A stretch of 64,000 nucleotides of DNA from an uncultured Acidobacteriota bacterium (GTDB taxonomy: Bacteria; Acidobacteriota; Thermoanaerobaculia; UBA5066; Gp7-AA6), in NCBI GenBank assembly GCA_963825175.1, contig CAWGSA010000002.1, positions 2,270,346 to 2,334,345 of the forward strand, read 5' to 3'. Under the pieces are notes generated by a model. It was not told the DNA's origin and searched no databases. It saw only the letters and a list, made by a program, of their open reading frames with translations. Below are positions 9,957 through 20,301 of the stretch, in pieces. Numbering within the stretch: position 1 is the stretch's first letter; each line of letters opens with the position of its first letter. The translations under genes were made by a program, and so were the position numbers.

Positions 9957-11372
9957 TTGCAACGGAGACGTCACCCACGGGAGGTTTCGGTGCGGCAAGA
10001 GAGAGACAGCCTGGGAATCCGGGAGATCCCCGACGACGCGTACTGGGGGGCGCAAACGTCGCGGGCCATCGAGAACTACCCGATTTCCGGCGAGCGCGCG
10101 CATCCGGACATCGTCCGCGCGTACGCCCGCATCAAGAGGGCCTGCGGCGAGACCAACCACGAGCTGGGCGGCCTGGACGAAAGGAAGAAGACCGCGATCG
10201 TCGCCGCGTGCGACGAGATCCTGGACGGAAAGCTGGCCGACCAGTTCGTGGTCGACGTGTACCAGGCGGGCGCCGGAACGTCCTTCCACATGAACGTCAA
10301 CGAGGTGGTGGCCGGACGGGCGGCGGAACTCTTGGGGGCCGCGCGCGGCGACCGGTCCGCCGTCAATCCCAACGACGACGTCAACCTCGGCCAGTCCACC
10401 AACGACACCTTTCCGACGGCGCTTCACATGGCGGCCATCGCCGTCGGCCGCCAGCTGTCGAAGGAGATCGGGAGACTCGCGGCGTCGTTCGCGGCCAAGG
10501 GCGACGAGCTGGCCGGCGTGCTGAAGTCCGGACGGACGCACTTGATGGACGCCGTCCCGGTCACCCTGGGGCAGGAGTTTCGGGCTTTCGCCTCGGCGCT
10601 GGAGCACCGCCGAGAGGCGATCGATCGATCCCTGGACGGATTGCGCGAGCTCGCGTTGGGAGGCACGGCGGCCGGAACCGGGCTCAACACGGCGCCCGGC
10701 TTTCGGGATCGCGCGATCGCCCGCCTCTCGGCGCTCGCGGCCGAGAGCTTCACGCCCGCCGCGGACCCGCGCGAGGGCCTTCAGAGCCGCGCCGCGGCCG
10801 GCGACTACTCCGCCGCCCTGCGGGCGTTCTGCCTGGAGCTTTCGCGAGTGGCCAACGACCTGCGGCTGCTGGCGTCGGGCCCGGCGACGGGACTGGACGA
10901 GATCCGCCTGCCGGCGGTGCAACCGGGATCCTCGATCATGCCCGGCAAGGTCAACCCCTCGCTGCTCGAATGCCTGGGCATGCTCTGCTTCCAGGTCATC
11001 GGCTTCGACACCGCCAACGTCCTGGCGATCGGCGCGGGGCAGCTCGACTTGAACGTCATGATGCCGCTGCTCGCATACAACCTGACGCGGGGTCCTCAGC
11101 TGCTTCTCAACTTCCTCCCGGTGGTGCGCCAGAGGTGCGTGGACGGAATCCGGGCCAACGCCGAGAAATGCCGGCATTACCTGGAAGAATCCCCGTCCGT
11201 CATCACCGCCCTGACGCCCCGGATCGGCTACGCCAAAGCCGCGGAGATCTTCAAGGAGGCGGTGTCCCGCGGCGTGCGCGTGCGCCAGGTGATACTGGAA
11301 CGAAGAGTCGTGTCGGAAGAGGATCTCGACGCCGTGATGACCCCCGAAGTCCTGCTGGGCCCTTTGCGGTGA
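9957..11372 (+). CDS. aspA: Aspartate ammonia-lyase / class II fumarase family lyase
   Basis: Signature GSSIMPGKVNP and N-terminal RAIENYPIS, with DDAYWGAQT. The true start may be the GTG near 9990. Aspartase versus fumarase C cannot be settled by eye. Confidence 0.75.
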   Translation: MQRRRHPREVSVRQERDSLGIREIPDDAYWGAQTSRAIENYPISGERAHPDIVRAYARIKRACGETNHELGGLDERKKTAIVAACDEILDGKLADQFVVDVYQAGAGTSFHMNVNEVVAGRAAELLGAARGDRSAVNPNDDVNLGQSTNDTFPTALHMAAIAVGRQLSKEIGRLAASFAAKGDELAGVLKSGRTHLMDAVPVTLGQEFRAFASALEHRREAIDRSLDGLRELALGGTAAGTGLNTAPGFRDRAIARLSALAAESFTPAADPREGLQSRAAAGDYSAALRAFCLELSRVANDLRLLASGPATGLDEIRLPAVQPGSSIMPGKVNPSLLECLGMLCFQVIGFDTANVLAIGAGQLDLNVMMPLLAYNLTRGPQLLLNFLPVVRQRCVDGIRANAEKCRHYLEESPSVITALTPRIGYAKAAEIFKEAVSRGVRVRQVILERRVVSEEDLDAVMTPEVLLGPLR

Positions 11373-11417
11373 GAGAATCCAGGAACCCCGGCCTTTGACG
11401 CCTCAAGGAGGAGACCG

Positions 11418-12149
11418 ATGACCTGGCCCCAAGATTTCGCGACGAACTTTCAATTCCTGCTCCGATGGTTCCACTTCCTCGCGGGCATCACCTGGATCGG
11501 ACTGCTGTACTTCTTCAACCTGGTCAACGTGAAGATCCAGAAGGAGCTCGACGCGCCCACCAAGCTCAAGGCCAACCCGTCGCTGCTCACTCACACGCTC
11601 TGGTGGTTTCGGTGGGGCGCGATCGGGACGTGGGTTTCGGGATTCCTCTACCTCGGATACTTCGTGGAAGCCGGACACGAAGTCACCCAGAATCCCCATC
11701 TGATCCTGTTGCTCTTCCTCGTCGTATGGTCGGTCGCGTTCGTGATCCTTTCGGTGGTCTATCGGATGTCGATCCAGGGAGGCGCCCTGAAGGACGGACG
11801 GGTCGTCGCGGTGATCGTGGTGGTGGTGACGACGGCGGCGTCCGTGCTCATCGCCTGGGTGGCCCGAAACTGGGGTGCCAGCAACCGAGCGGTGTCGATC
11901 CTGATCGGCGGAGGCCTGGGGACGGTCATGCTGATGAACGTGTGGATGATCATCTGGCCGCTGCAGCAGAAAATCATCGCCGCGACCAGGGCCACCGCAC
12001 AGACCGGCGCCGCGGCGCCCGCCGATCAGCCGAAATGGGGCAGGCGGGCCTTCCTCGCGTCGCGAACGAACGCCTGGCTCTCGGTTCCTCTGCTCTTCTT
12101 CATGGGAGCGGCCAGCCACTTCCCGATCTTCAGCACGGTCGCGCGCTGA
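11418..12149 (+). CDS. Integral membrane protein (about 6 TM helices), function unknown
   Basis: Strong RBS AAGGAGGAG 6 nt upstream of the ATG. Hydrophobic helices ([56 protein letters not shown]). Confidence 0.6.
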   Translation: MTWPQDFATNFQFLLRWFHFLAGITWIGLLYFFNLVNVKIQKELDAPTKLKANPSLLTHTLWWFRWGAIGTWVSGFLYLGYFVEAGHEVTQNPHLILLLFLVVWSVAFVILSVVYRMSIQGGALKDGRVVAVIVVVVTTAASVLIAWVARNWGASNRAVSILIGGGLGTVMLMNVWMIIWPLQQKIIAATRATAQTGAAAPADQPKWGRRAFLASRTNAWLSVPLLFFMGAASHFPIFSTVAR

Positions 12150-12170
12150 TCGATTCCTCGCTGCGAGGAT

Positions 12171-12193
12171 GCGGGCGGCCTTCGGGCCGCCCT
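12171..12193. terminator. GC-rich hairpin GGGCGGCC-TTCG-GGCCGCCC between convergent genes (bidirectional terminator candidate)
   Basis: A perfect 8-bp stem with a tetraloop lies between the stop of the membrane protein (12149) and the stop of udg (about 12242). A smaller hairpin CCTCGC-TG-CGAGG sits just upstream. Confidence 0.5.
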
Positions 12194-12241
12194 CGTTCGT
12201 TTGGATTCCCCCGCAGCGCTTCCGGCGCGGTGAGGCCCGCT

Positions 12242-12914
12242 TCAGTCCTTGCCCGAGGCCAGAAAGTCGCGCACGAGCTTCATGTCCTCCCACACGTCTT
12301 TCTTCTTGCTCCGGGGACCGCAGCAGGAACGCGGGATGGAACGTGGGCATGACCCGAACGCCGCGTGCGGTTCGCCAGCGCCCGCGGAGACGTCCGATCG
12401 GCTCGTCGGTCCCGAGCACGGCCTGGGCAGCGAAGGTTCCGAGCGTCACGATGGCCCTGGGCGAGATCAGACGGATCTGTTCCTCGAGAAATGGCATGCA
12501 CGAGGCCACTTCGTCCGGCTCCGGATTGCGGTTGTTGGGAGGGCGGCACTTCAGAACGTTGGCGATGTAGACCTCCTCGCGCTTCATCCCCATCGCCTCG
12601 ATGATCTTGGTGAGAAGCTGCCCCGCGCGGCCGACGAAAGCCAGACCTTGAATGTCCTCTTCGTGGCCCGGGGCCTCCCCCACGAACAGGAGGTCGGCGG
12701 TCGGGCTGCCTTGCCCGAACACGATGTGGGTCCGACCGCGCGAGAGCTTGCACCGCGGGCAGCCTTCCAGAAAGGCCCTCAGCGCGGGAAGATCCGGGAC
12801 CGACCCCGGCACGAGCGCGGGCACCTCGCAGCGCAAGGCGTCGAGAAAGAGATCACGCATCCCGAGGTCTCGGAAGAACTCGAGCTCGCCGCGGATTCCG
12901 TCGTCGCCGCTCAT
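12242..12914 (-). CDS. udg: Uracil-DNA glycosylase, family 4, with an apparent 1-nt frameshift near 12300
   Basis: Core motifs [46 protein letters not shown]. The expected C-terminus [21 protein letters not shown] is present but in the +1 frame, after an A/G run (gcaagaagaaag). The 532-aa track ORF 11403..13001 is the artefactual read-through. Confidence 0.7.
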
Positions 12915-12954
12915 CGACGGGTTTTGGGTGCCGCCGGTCCCCTGCCGGAAGACG

Positions 12955-14160
12955 TCAAGGCGCCGCTTCGCATTTGGCGCGCCGGACCTCCAGAAAAGCA
13001 TCCCAGATCTTCTCGGCGACCTCCCGCTTGGGACGGCGCGACACAGTCTCTGGCTCGCCGTGCCTCTTCAGAATGAGGACTTCGTTGTCCGCGGCATCGA
13101 AGCCGATACCGGTGCGGCCGATGTCGTTGACGACGATTAAGTCGGCCCCCTTTTCCTCCATCTTGCGGCGTCCGCGCTCTTCGAGGGAATCGGTCTCCGC
13201 GGCGAACGCGACGATGGTCTGTCCGCGCACGAGCGGGGCCAGCCCGGCCAGAAGGTCCCGTCCGGCGGCCAGGTGCAGGACGCGATCCCCATCCTGGCGG
13301 TGCAGGCGCTGCGCGCTGGACTCCGGGATGAAATCGGCGACGGCGGCGGCCATGACCAGGCCCTCGCACGTCGGGAACTCCTCGACCAGGAGGGCAGCGA
13401 GGTCGGCCGCCGTCTGGAAAGCGAGGAAGCGGACGCCGGCGGGACGGGCGAGCCCCGTCGGACCGGAGAGAAGGGTGACGCGCGCCCCGCGGTCTCGTGC
13501 GGCTTCGACCAGCGCGTATCCCATCCGCCCGCTGGACCGATTGGAGACGAAACGAATCGGATCGATGGGCTCGCGGGTCGGACCGGCGGTCACCAGCAGC
13601 GAGAGGCCGGCCAGGTCGCCGCGATCCGAGAGGAGGCGCCAGGCTTCGTCCAGGATGACGGCCGGCTCTTCCATCCGGCCCCGACCCTCGTGCCCGGACG
13701 CCAGGAAGCCCGAGGCCGGACCCACCAGGCGCACGCCTCTCTCCTGGAGCGTCGCTCGGTTGCGGACGACGGCCGCGTTCTCCCACATGGCGGTCTCCAT
13801 CGCCGGAGCCAGCAGGACGGGCTTGCGATGGGCGAGAAAATAGGTCGAGAGAAAGTCGTCAGCCAGTCCCTGCGCGAACTTGGCCATGGTGTGAGCCGTG
13901 GCGGGAGCCACCAGCAGCAGGTCCGCCCAGTCCGCCAGGGCCACGTGATCGACGGCGGGGCGATGGCCGTCGCCCCACACCTCCGTGTACACCTCGTGTC
14001 CGGACAAAACCGCGAAGGTGGCGGGGGCCACGAACTCCCGGGCGCCCCGCGTCATCGCGACCCGAACTTCGGCTCCGCGCTGGACAAGGCCGCGCAACAG
14101 CTCGGCCGCCTTGTAAGCGGCGATGCCGCCGGAGACGCCGAGAACGACGTGCGGGCTCAT
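12955..14160 (-). CDS. coaBC: Bifunctional phosphopantothenoylcysteine decarboxylase / phosphopantothenate-cysteine ligase
   Basis: N-terminal flavoprotein motif [19 protein letters not shown] and a C-terminal CoaB domain. 401 aa. Confidence 0.9.
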   Translation of the reverse strand: MSPHVVLGVSGGIAAYKAAELLRGLVQRGAEVRVAMTRGAREFVAPATFAVLSGHEVYTEVWGDGHRPAVDHVALADWADLLLVAPATAHTMAKFAQGLADDFLSTYFLAHRKPVLLAPAMETAMWENAAVVRNRATLQERGVRLVGPASGFLASGHEGRGRMEEPAVILDEAWRLLSDRGDLAGLSLLVTAGPTREPIDPIRFVSNRSSGRMGYALVEAARDRGARVTLLSGPTGLARPAGVRFLAFQTAADLAALLVEEFPTCEGLVMAAAVADFIPESSAQRLHRQDGDRVLHLAAGRDLLAGLAPLVRGQTIVAFAAETDSLEERGRRKMEEKGADLIVVNDIGRTGIGFDAADNEVLILKRHGEPETVSRRPKREVAEKIWDAFLEVRRAKCEAAP

Positions 14161-14235
14161 ACGGAGAGTTTCCGGCGACGAGCGCGGCGCCGCCGGCCCG
14201 GAACCGGGCGGGTGCCGCGAGCGCCGCGGACCGCG

Positions 14236-14496
14236 CTACACGCGGGCGGCTTCTTCCTCCGCAACTTCCTCGTCGCCTGTGTCCGAGACGGCCTCTTCCA
14301 GAATGCCGCCTTCGGGGCCGTAGTCCCAACGAACCCTGCTCTGGTCGAATTCGTCGGCCGCGAGCCGAACCGGCTTGGCCGGCCGGTCGGTCTCGACCTT
14401 GGGGCGAGCGCCGCGCATCAATTGCTCGGCCCTCCGGGCGATCAAGAGAACCAGGCGAAACTTGCTGTCGACCCCCTCGGGCATTTTCTGAATCAT
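14236..14496 (-). CDS. rpoZ: DNA-directed RNA polymerase subunit omega
   Basis: DSKFRLVLLIARRAEQL is the omega hallmark. 86 aa with an acidic tail, in the conserved gmk-rpoZ context. RBS GAGAGG. Confidence 0.85.
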   Translation of the reverse strand: MIQKMPEGVDSKFRLVLLIARRAEQLMRGARPKVETDRPAKPVRLAADEFDQSRVRWDYGPEGGILEEAVSDTGDEEVAEEEAARV

Positions 14497-14529
14497 CGGT
14501 TGAAAACCTCTCTGAACTGAGCTTTGAAC

Positions 14530-15156
14530 TTAGCGGAACTCGGACCGGATGCGCTGCAGACGTGTCCTCTGCCGGGCCGGCGTCAAGCGTCGAGCCCGGA
14601 CGATCGATTGTAACTCAAGAGTGGCTCGTTCGAGATCGTCATTGACGATAACATATTGAAACTCTTCGGCTTGCTGGATTTCTCTGGAGGCGTTGATCAG
14701 GCGCTTGCGGATGGCTTCCTCTCCGTCCAGGCCGCGCGACCGCAGCCGCCGGTCGAGCTCGACCGGCGAGGCGGGAACGATGAAGATTGTCACCGCCTCA
14801 GGGTAGCCGCGCAGCACGTCGCGGGCTCCCTGGACGTCGATATCGAGGATCACGTCCTCCCCGGAGGCCAGGCGGGGCAGGACCTCCGCCCGGGACGTTC
14901 CGTAGATGTTGTCGTGAACCTCGTTGTGCTCGAGGAATTCGTCGCGCTGGACCATCTTCTGAAACTCGGTCACGGAAACGAAGTGGTACTCCCGGCCGTC
15001 CTGCTCTCCCTGCCGCCGAGGACGGGTCGTGTGGGACACCGAGAAATGCAGCGGCGCGCCAGGAGGGTCCTCCAGCAGGCGGCGGATGAGCGTCGTCTTG
15101 CCTCCTCCCGACGGGGACGAGACGATGAAGAGATCTCCCCGGGTGACGTCGGTCAT
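14530..15156 (-). CDS. gmk: Guanylate kinase
   Basis: MTDVTRGDLFIVSSPSGGGKTTLIRRLL...HFSVSHTTRPRR..GREYHFV. ATG at 15154-15156. Only the last 208 aa of the 480-aa track ORF are real. Confidence 0.9.
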   Translation of the reverse strand: MTDVTRGDLFIVSSPSGGGKTTLIRRLLEDPPGAPLHFSVSHTTRPRRQGEQDGREYHFVSVTEFQKMVQRDEFLEHNEVHDNIYGTSRAEVLPRLASGEDVILDIDVQGARDVLRGYPEAVTIFIVPASPVELDRRLRSRGLDGEEAIRKRLINASREIQQAEEFQYVIVNDDLERATLELQSIVRARRLTPARQRTRLQRIRSEFR

Positions 15157-16025
15157 TCCACGTTTCCGATCTGCTCGCGGATCTTCTCCGTCTCCGATTT
15201 CATGTCGACGACGTCCCTGACCAGTTGGAGATCCCGAGCCTTGGAGCCCAGGGTGTTGAGCTCCCGCAGGATCTCCTGGGACAAGAAGTCGAGCTTCTTC
15301 CCGATCGGCTCGGCCGCGGACCGGGCCAGCTGAGCGAACTGTTCCAGGTGTCCCTGCAGGCGCTGCAGCTCCTCGGCGATGTCGGAACGGTCGGCCACCA
15401 GGGCCGCTTCCTGTTCCAGGCGGGCGGGGTCGACCGGGCCGTCGTTCCAGAGATCGCGGATCCGCTGACGGAGGTTCGCGTGCACCGCGCGGGTGATCTC
15501 GTCGCGCCGAGCCGAAAGCTCCGCGGTCTTCGCCTGCAGGCGCTCGATCCGTGCCGTGATGTCCTTCTCGATGCCGCGGCCTTCCAGCTCGCGCATGGCG
15601 ACGAGGGCGGCGGCGGCCTCCTCGGCCAGAGCCTCCAGGGCCGAGATCTCCGCCGGCGGGAAGTCGGCCACCGGGCTTTCGACCGCGAAGATCTGCGAGA
15701 TGGCCAGGACGTCGCGCGCCTCCAGGCTCCCGGCCACCGGGAGCTTCGCCGAAAGGCGCTCGAACCGGGACAGCACGGCGGCGAGCAGCTCCTCGTTCAA
15801 CGTGATCTCGTAGCCGGCGGTTCCGGTCCTCTTCAACCGGAGGGTCACGTCGACCTTGCCCCGTCCCAAACGGCGGGAGAAGACCCGTCTCAGCACCGGC
15901 TCGAGCGACGCCTCGGTCTCCCTCAACCGGACGGTCAGATCGAGCGAGCGGTGGTTGACGCTCTTGGCCCACACCTCCGCCTGGGCCTCCCCCACCGGCC
16001 CACTCGACCGGCCGAACCCGGTCAT
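15153..16025 (-). CDS. yicC: YicC-family stress-induced protein (endoribonuclease YicC-like)
   Basis: MTGFGRSSGPVGEAQAEVWAKSVNHRSLDLTVRL.. and a C-terminal DUF1732-like region. It overlaps the gmk start (ATGA), the conserved yicC-gmk-rpoZ block. Confidence 0.85.
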   Translation of the reverse strand: MTGFGRSSGPVGEAQAEVWAKSVNHRSLDLTVRLRETEASLEPVLRRVFSRRLGRGKVDVTLRLKRTGTAGYEITLNEELLAAVLSRFERLSAKLPVAGSLEARDVLAISQIFAVESPVADFPPAEISALEALAEEAAAALVAMRELEGRGIEKDITARIERLQAKTAELSARRDEITRAVHANLRQRIRDLWNDGPVDPARLEQEAALVADRSDIAEELQRLQGHLEQFAQLARSAAEPIGKKLDFLSQEILRELNTLGSKARDLQLVRDVVDMKSETEKIREQIGNVE

Positions 16026-16036
16026 GCTTCGAAGGC

Positions 16037-17899
16037 TCAGGCCGGCGTCTCCCGGACCAGGTCGTTGTCGGTGAAGAACTGCATCTCGTGAAGCCTGCGG
16101 TACAGGCCGGGGCGAGTCAAGAGCTCGTCGTGCGTTCCGGACTCCACGATCCGGCCGGCGTCCAGGACCACGATGCGATCGGCCCGCCGCACGGTCGAGA
16201 GCCGATGGGCGATGACCAGCGTCGTGCGCCCGCGCATCAGGTTGCGCAGCGCCCGGGCCACCAGCATCTCGGATTCGGTGTCCAGCTGCGACGTGGCTTC
16301 GTCCAGGATCAGGATCGGCGCTCCCTTGTAGATCGCGCGGGCGATCGCCAGGCGCTGCTTCTGGCCTCCGGACAGGCGTCCGGCGTCCTCCCCCACCCGG
16401 GTGTCGTATTTGTCGGGCAGTCGCTCCACGAACTCGTCGACGTACGCCGCGCGCGCCGCCTCCCGCATCTTCTCCTCGGGCGGAGACGTCTGCCCGTAGG
16501 CGATGTTTTCCCGGATCGTGGAGTCGAAGAGGATCGTGTCCTGCGTCACCAGGCCGATCTGGCCGCGCAGGGACGGCAGGGTGGCGTCGCGCAGGTCCAC
16601 GCCGTCGAAGGTAATGCGCCCGGCCTCGGGGTCATAGAAGCGCGGCAGCAGATTGACCAGGGTCGTCTTGCCCGCGCCGGACGGCCCGACCAACGCGACC
16701 GTTTCGCCCGACCGGATGGTCAAGGAGATCCCGCGCAGGACCTCCTCGCGCCCATACCCAAACAGGACGCCCTCGTAGCGGAGAGCATCGCGAAACGGGG
16801 GAAGCGCAATCGCTCCGGGTGACTCGACGATTTCATTCTCACGGTCGATGACTTCGAACACCCGTCGGGCCGACGAGAGGGCGAGTTGGATGGCGATGTT
16901 GATGCGGGTGACGTCCTTCAATGGCTTGTACATCATCATGAGCGCGGTGAGGAACGAGAAGAGATCGCCCACCCGCATCCGCCCGCCATGGATCTGCCCG
17001 GCGGCGTAGATGAAGAGAGCGGACAGGCCGATGCCCGAGAGCGTCTCCATGAACGGGGCATTCAAGGCCTGCAGCCGGATCGTGCGGCGGTTCACGCGGA
17101 AGTACCGATCGTTGCTCTGGTCGAACCGGCGCGCTTCGAACGGCTCCATGGCGTAGGCCTTGATGACGCGGTGCCCCCGCAGCGTCTCGGAGAGGAGGGC
17201 TCCCATCTCCCCGATCCGCTCCCGCGCGGCGGTGGCGGCGCGGCCCAGCCGGCGCGTATTGTTGATGATCGGCAGCAGGATGATGGGGGCCAGCGCGAAG
17301 ACGATCACCGCGAGACGGGCGTTCAACGAAAAGACGTAGACGAGCACCAGGAGCAGCGTCAATCCTCCCTGCACCAGGTCCGTCAGGTTGTGGCCGAACG
17401 TCGTCTGGATCTGCTCGACGTCGGAAAGCATTCGGGAGAGCAGATCGCCGGTCGACGTCTCCGAGTAGAACCGGGTGGACTGCCCCAGGAGGCGGTTGTA
17501 CGCGTCCCGTCGCAGGTCCCGCACCATGGCCACCCCGATGCCGTTCAATTCGAATTCGGACAGATAGGAAAAGAGATTCTTCGACACCAGCGCCAGGAGC
17601 AGAAGCAGCGGCGCACCCCACGCCACGGAGACTCCGCGGCGCTGCGCCGCCGCGCATCCCGCGGCGTAGGCCTGATCCAGCCACCGCAGCAACGGCGCGG
17701 CCCGGGACGACGCGGACCTTCCCATGCCGGCCAGGCTCCGTGCCGTGGTGCCCGCTCCGAGCGCGTCATCGATGACCTTCCCGAAGAGAAAGAGCATCGC
17801 CACGGTCGAGAGCGAGACGATCCCCATGGCCACCAGCGCGGCGAGCGCCCGCCACCTGTAGCGCGCAAAGTACTTCAGAAGGCGAGGCAGCGGTTTCAT
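16037..17899 (-). CDS. msbA: ABC transporter permease/ATPase, MsbA-like lipid exporter
   Basis: Six-TM N-terminal domain, then Walker A GPSGAGKTT, signature LSGGQKQRLAIARA, Walker B ILILDEATS. It is adjacent to and overlaps lpxB. Confidence 0.8.
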   Translation of the reverse strand: MKPLPRLLKYFARYRWRALAALVAMGIVSLSTVAMLFLFGKVIDDALGAGTTARSLAGMGRSASSRAAPLLRWLDQAYAAGCAAAQRRGVSVAWGAPLLLLLALVSKNLFSYLSEFELNGIGVAMVRDLRRDAYNRLLGQSTRFYSETSTGDLLSRMLSDVEQIQTTFGHNLTDLVQGGLTLLLVLVYVFSLNARLAVIVFALAPIILLPIINNTRRLGRAATAARERIGEMGALLSETLRGHRVIKAYAMEPFEARRFDQSNDRYFRVNRRTIRLQALNAPFMETLSGIGLSALFIYAAGQIHGGRMRVGDLFSFLTALMMMYKPLKDVTRINIAIQLALSSARRVFEVIDRENEIVESPGAIALPPFRDALRYEGVLFGYGREEVLRGISLTIRSGETVALVGPSGAGKTTLVNLLPRFYDPEAGRITFDGVDLRDATLPSLRGQIGLVTQDTILFDSTIRENIAYGQTSPPEEKMREAARAAYVDEFVERLPDKYDTRVGEDAGRLSGGQKQRLAIARAIYKGAPILILDEATSQLDTESEMLVARALRNLMRGRTTLVIAHRLSTVRRADRIVVLDAGRIVESGTHDELLTRPGLYRRLHEMQFFTDNDLVRETPA

Positions 17900-19041
17900 G
17901 GAGTCCGTGCGGCGGCCGAGGAGGGAGAAGGCTCGAGATCGGCCACTGCGTCCAGGATCGCCGCCGCCGCTCGATCCGACGCGCCCGGCGGTCCCAGCTC
18001 CCGGGCCACGCGCTCGAGGCCCCGTCGCATGGCCTCCCGGCGCGGTGCCGAGGAGAGGAGCGTCTCCGCTTCGCGCTCCAGGCGATCCGCCGAGACCTCG
18101 TTCTGCAGCAGCTCGGGAACGATCTCCTCCTGGGCCACGATGTTGACGAGCGAGATCCAGGGAACCCGGACCAGGAGCTTGCCGACGGCGAAGCTCGCGG
18201 GGGAAGTCCGGTATACCACGATCATCGGGGCGCCGCAGAGCGCGGCTTCGAGCGTCGCCGTTCCCGACGCCACCAGAGCGAGGTCGGCCGAGGCCAGGAT
18301 CGGGTGCATTCCGGAGTCGACGACCCGGATTCCCCGCTGCGTCGCGTCGCCGAACAGGGTTTCCGAGACGCCGGCCGCACGGACCGCGACGACTTCGAGG
18401 TCGAACCGGGCCGCGAGTCGCTGCGCCGCCCGCGCCATCGGCTCCCAGTGCCGCCGCAATTCCGCCGTGCGGCTGCCCGGGAGCAGAACGAGCCGTCGTC
18501 TCGTCTTCTCCGGCAGCGGCGAGGGCCGGGCCAGGCCCTCACGGACGTCGTCGACGAGAGGATGCCCGGCGCAAATCGCGTCCGCCCCCAGGCGGCGGTA
18601 GATGTCCGCCTCGAACGGAAAGAGCGTGATGATCCTCCTGGCCCTTCGGGCGATGCGCCGGGCGCGTCCACGGCGCCAGGCCCATACCTGCGGGCTCACG
18701 TAGTAGATCAGCGGCACGCCCCTGCGTTGGAGCCGTCGCGCGAGGAAACCGTGGAAGTCGGGAAAGTCGATCAGCACCGCGGCATCCGGTCGGCGTCGGG
18801 CTGCGGCCCGGATCAGACCGCGAAGGGCGCCGACGAGCCCCGAAAGCTTCTCCAGGACCTCGGAGACTCCGACGACCGACAGGCCCTCCGACCGAACCAC
18901 CGTGTCGAGCCCCTCGGCCGCGAGCCGCGCTCCGCCCATCCCGAAGGCGGCGAGATCCGGCCGGCGCCGCCTCAGGGCAGCCAGCAGGCGCGAGCCGAGC
19001 AGATCGCCGGAAGCTTCGCCGGCGGAGAAAAGCAAGTACAA
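17896..19041 (-). CDS. lpxB: Lipid-A-disaccharide synthase
   Basis: MYLLFSAGEASGDLLGSRLLAAL...LIYYVSPQVWAWR is typical LpxB. Confidence 0.85.
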   Translation of the reverse strand: MYLLFSAGEASGDLLGSRLLAALRRRRPDLAAFGMGGARLAAEGLDTVVRSEGLSVVGVSEVLEKLSGLVGALRGLIRAAARRRPDAAVLIDFPDFHGFLARRLQRRGVPLIYYVSPQVWAWRRGRARRIARRARRIITLFPFEADIYRRLGADAICAGHPLVDDVREGLARPSPLPEKTRRRLVLLPGSRTAELRRHWEPMARAAQRLAARFDLEVVAVRAAGVSETLFGDATQRGIRVVDSGMHPILASADLALVASGTATLEAALCGAPMIVVYRTSPASFAVGKLLVRVPWISLVNIVAQEEIVPELLQNEVSADRLEREAETLLSSAPRREAMRRGLERVARELGPPGASDRAAAAILDAVADLEPSPSSAAARTP

Positions 19042-19227
19042 TCGCTTCCAATTAAATCAAATGCACCAGTCATCCCCGCCGCCGGTCGGGTCTACTGACC
19101 GGGACAGCGCCGGCGCGGGGAGAAGACGCGCCTCCGATGGCCGAAGCCGTTCTCCGTCTCAAGGAAACCGCATCGCGCCGCTGGACGGACGAATGGTCAT
19201 GACCGGGTCCATCCCAGGCGGCTCCCC

Positions 19228-20301
19228 GTGGCGATGAAGGCCTCGCTGGTGGGCTGCGGCCGGATCGGAGCCCGCCACGCCGCTCTGCTGGCGGGCTCGC
19301 CGGAGACGGAGCTGGCGGCCTGCGTGGACACGGAACCGGCTCGGGCCGAGGACTTCGCGCAGCGGCACAGCGCCCGGGCCTACGCGGACCTCGCGACGAT
19401 GGTCGCCGCCGAGTCCCCCGACCTGGTGGCGATCTGTACTCCCTCCGGACTCCACGCGGAGCATGTCGAGGCGTCGGCCCGCGCCGGCGTGCCCAACATC
19501 ATCGTCGAGAAACCCATGGCGCTCACTCTTGCCGACGCGGACCGGATGATCCAGGTGTGCGATACGGCAGGAGCGAGGCTCTTCGTGGTGCAGCAGAACC
19601 GGTACAACCTTCCGATCCAGAAGCTGCGGGATGCGGTCGATCAGGGGCGCTTCGGAAGGCTGGTTCTGGGCACCGTCCGCGTTCGGTGGTGCCGCCGGCA
19701 GGACTACTACGACCAGGCCGCCTGGCGCGGGACGTGGGCCATGGACGGCGGGGTCTTTTCCAATCAGGCCTCGCACCATATCGACATGCTGCTCTTCATG
19801 ATGGGACCGGTCGAGTCCGTCTTTGCGGCGGGCGCGACGCGCCTGGTCGACATCGAGGCGGAGGACACCGGCGTCGCCTTGTTGAAGTTCCGAAGCGGCG
19901 CCCTGGGCATCGTCGAGGCGACGACGGCGGCCAGGCCCGTGGACCTGGAGGGTTCGATCTCGATTCTTGGCGAGAACGGCACGGTCGAAGTGGGCGGCTT
20001 CGCCATGAACGAGATGAAAGTCTGGCGCTTCGCCGAAACCTTGCCCGAGGACGAAGGCGTTCTGGAGCGCTTTCGAACCAATCCGCCGGACGTCTACGGG
20101 TTCGGCCACCACGCCTTCTATCGAGACGTCTTCGCGTCGATCGCGACCGGCCACGGCACCACGGTGGACGGCCTCGAAGGGCGCCGCTCGCTGGAAGCGA
20201 TCACCGCGATCTACGAGTCGGTCGAAAGTCGGCAAGAGATCCAGCTTCCTTTCACCCCAAGGGCGTGCCGGCTGGGCATTCCGTCGGGTCCCCGGGCATG
20301 A
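19228..20301 (+). CDS. Gfo/Idh/MocA-family NAD(P)-dependent oxidoreductase (GnnA/WbpB-like UDP-sugar 3-dehydrogenase candidate)
   Basis: Rossmann N-terminus MKASLVGCGRIGARHAALLA with the family core. It overlaps the downstream DegT aminotransferase and is divergent from lpxB. Confidence 0.75.
   Translation: MAMKASLVGCGRIGARHAALLAGSPETELAACVDTEPARAEDFAQRHSARAYADLATMVAAESPDLVAICTPSGLHAEHVEASARAGVPNIIVEKPMALTLADADRMIQVCDTAGARLFVVQQNRYNLPIQKLRDAVDQGRFGRLVLGTVRVRWCRRQDYYDQAAWRGTWAMDGGVFSNQASHHIDMLLFMMGPVESVFAAGATRLVDIEAEDTGVALLKFRSGALGIVEATTAARPVDLEGSISILGENGTVEVGGFAMNEMKVWRFAETLPEDEGVLERFRTNPPDVYGFGHHAFYRDVFASIATGHGTTVDGLEGRRSLEAITAIYESVESRQEIQLPFTPRACRLGIPSGPRA

Noticed and set aside
11418-12149. 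Whether the plus-strand membrane protein is an artefact of the long minus-strand udg read-through ORF
   Set aside because: The plus-strand gene has a strong AAGGAGGAG RBS, regular TM helices and a proper terminator hairpin. The minus-strand read-through is explained by the udg frameshift instead.
14530-15972. 480-aa ORF containing gmk
   Set aside because: Only the C-terminal 208 aa (from MTDVTRGD, ATG at 15154-15156) are guanylate kinase. The upstream 270 aa are the yicC gene read in another frame.
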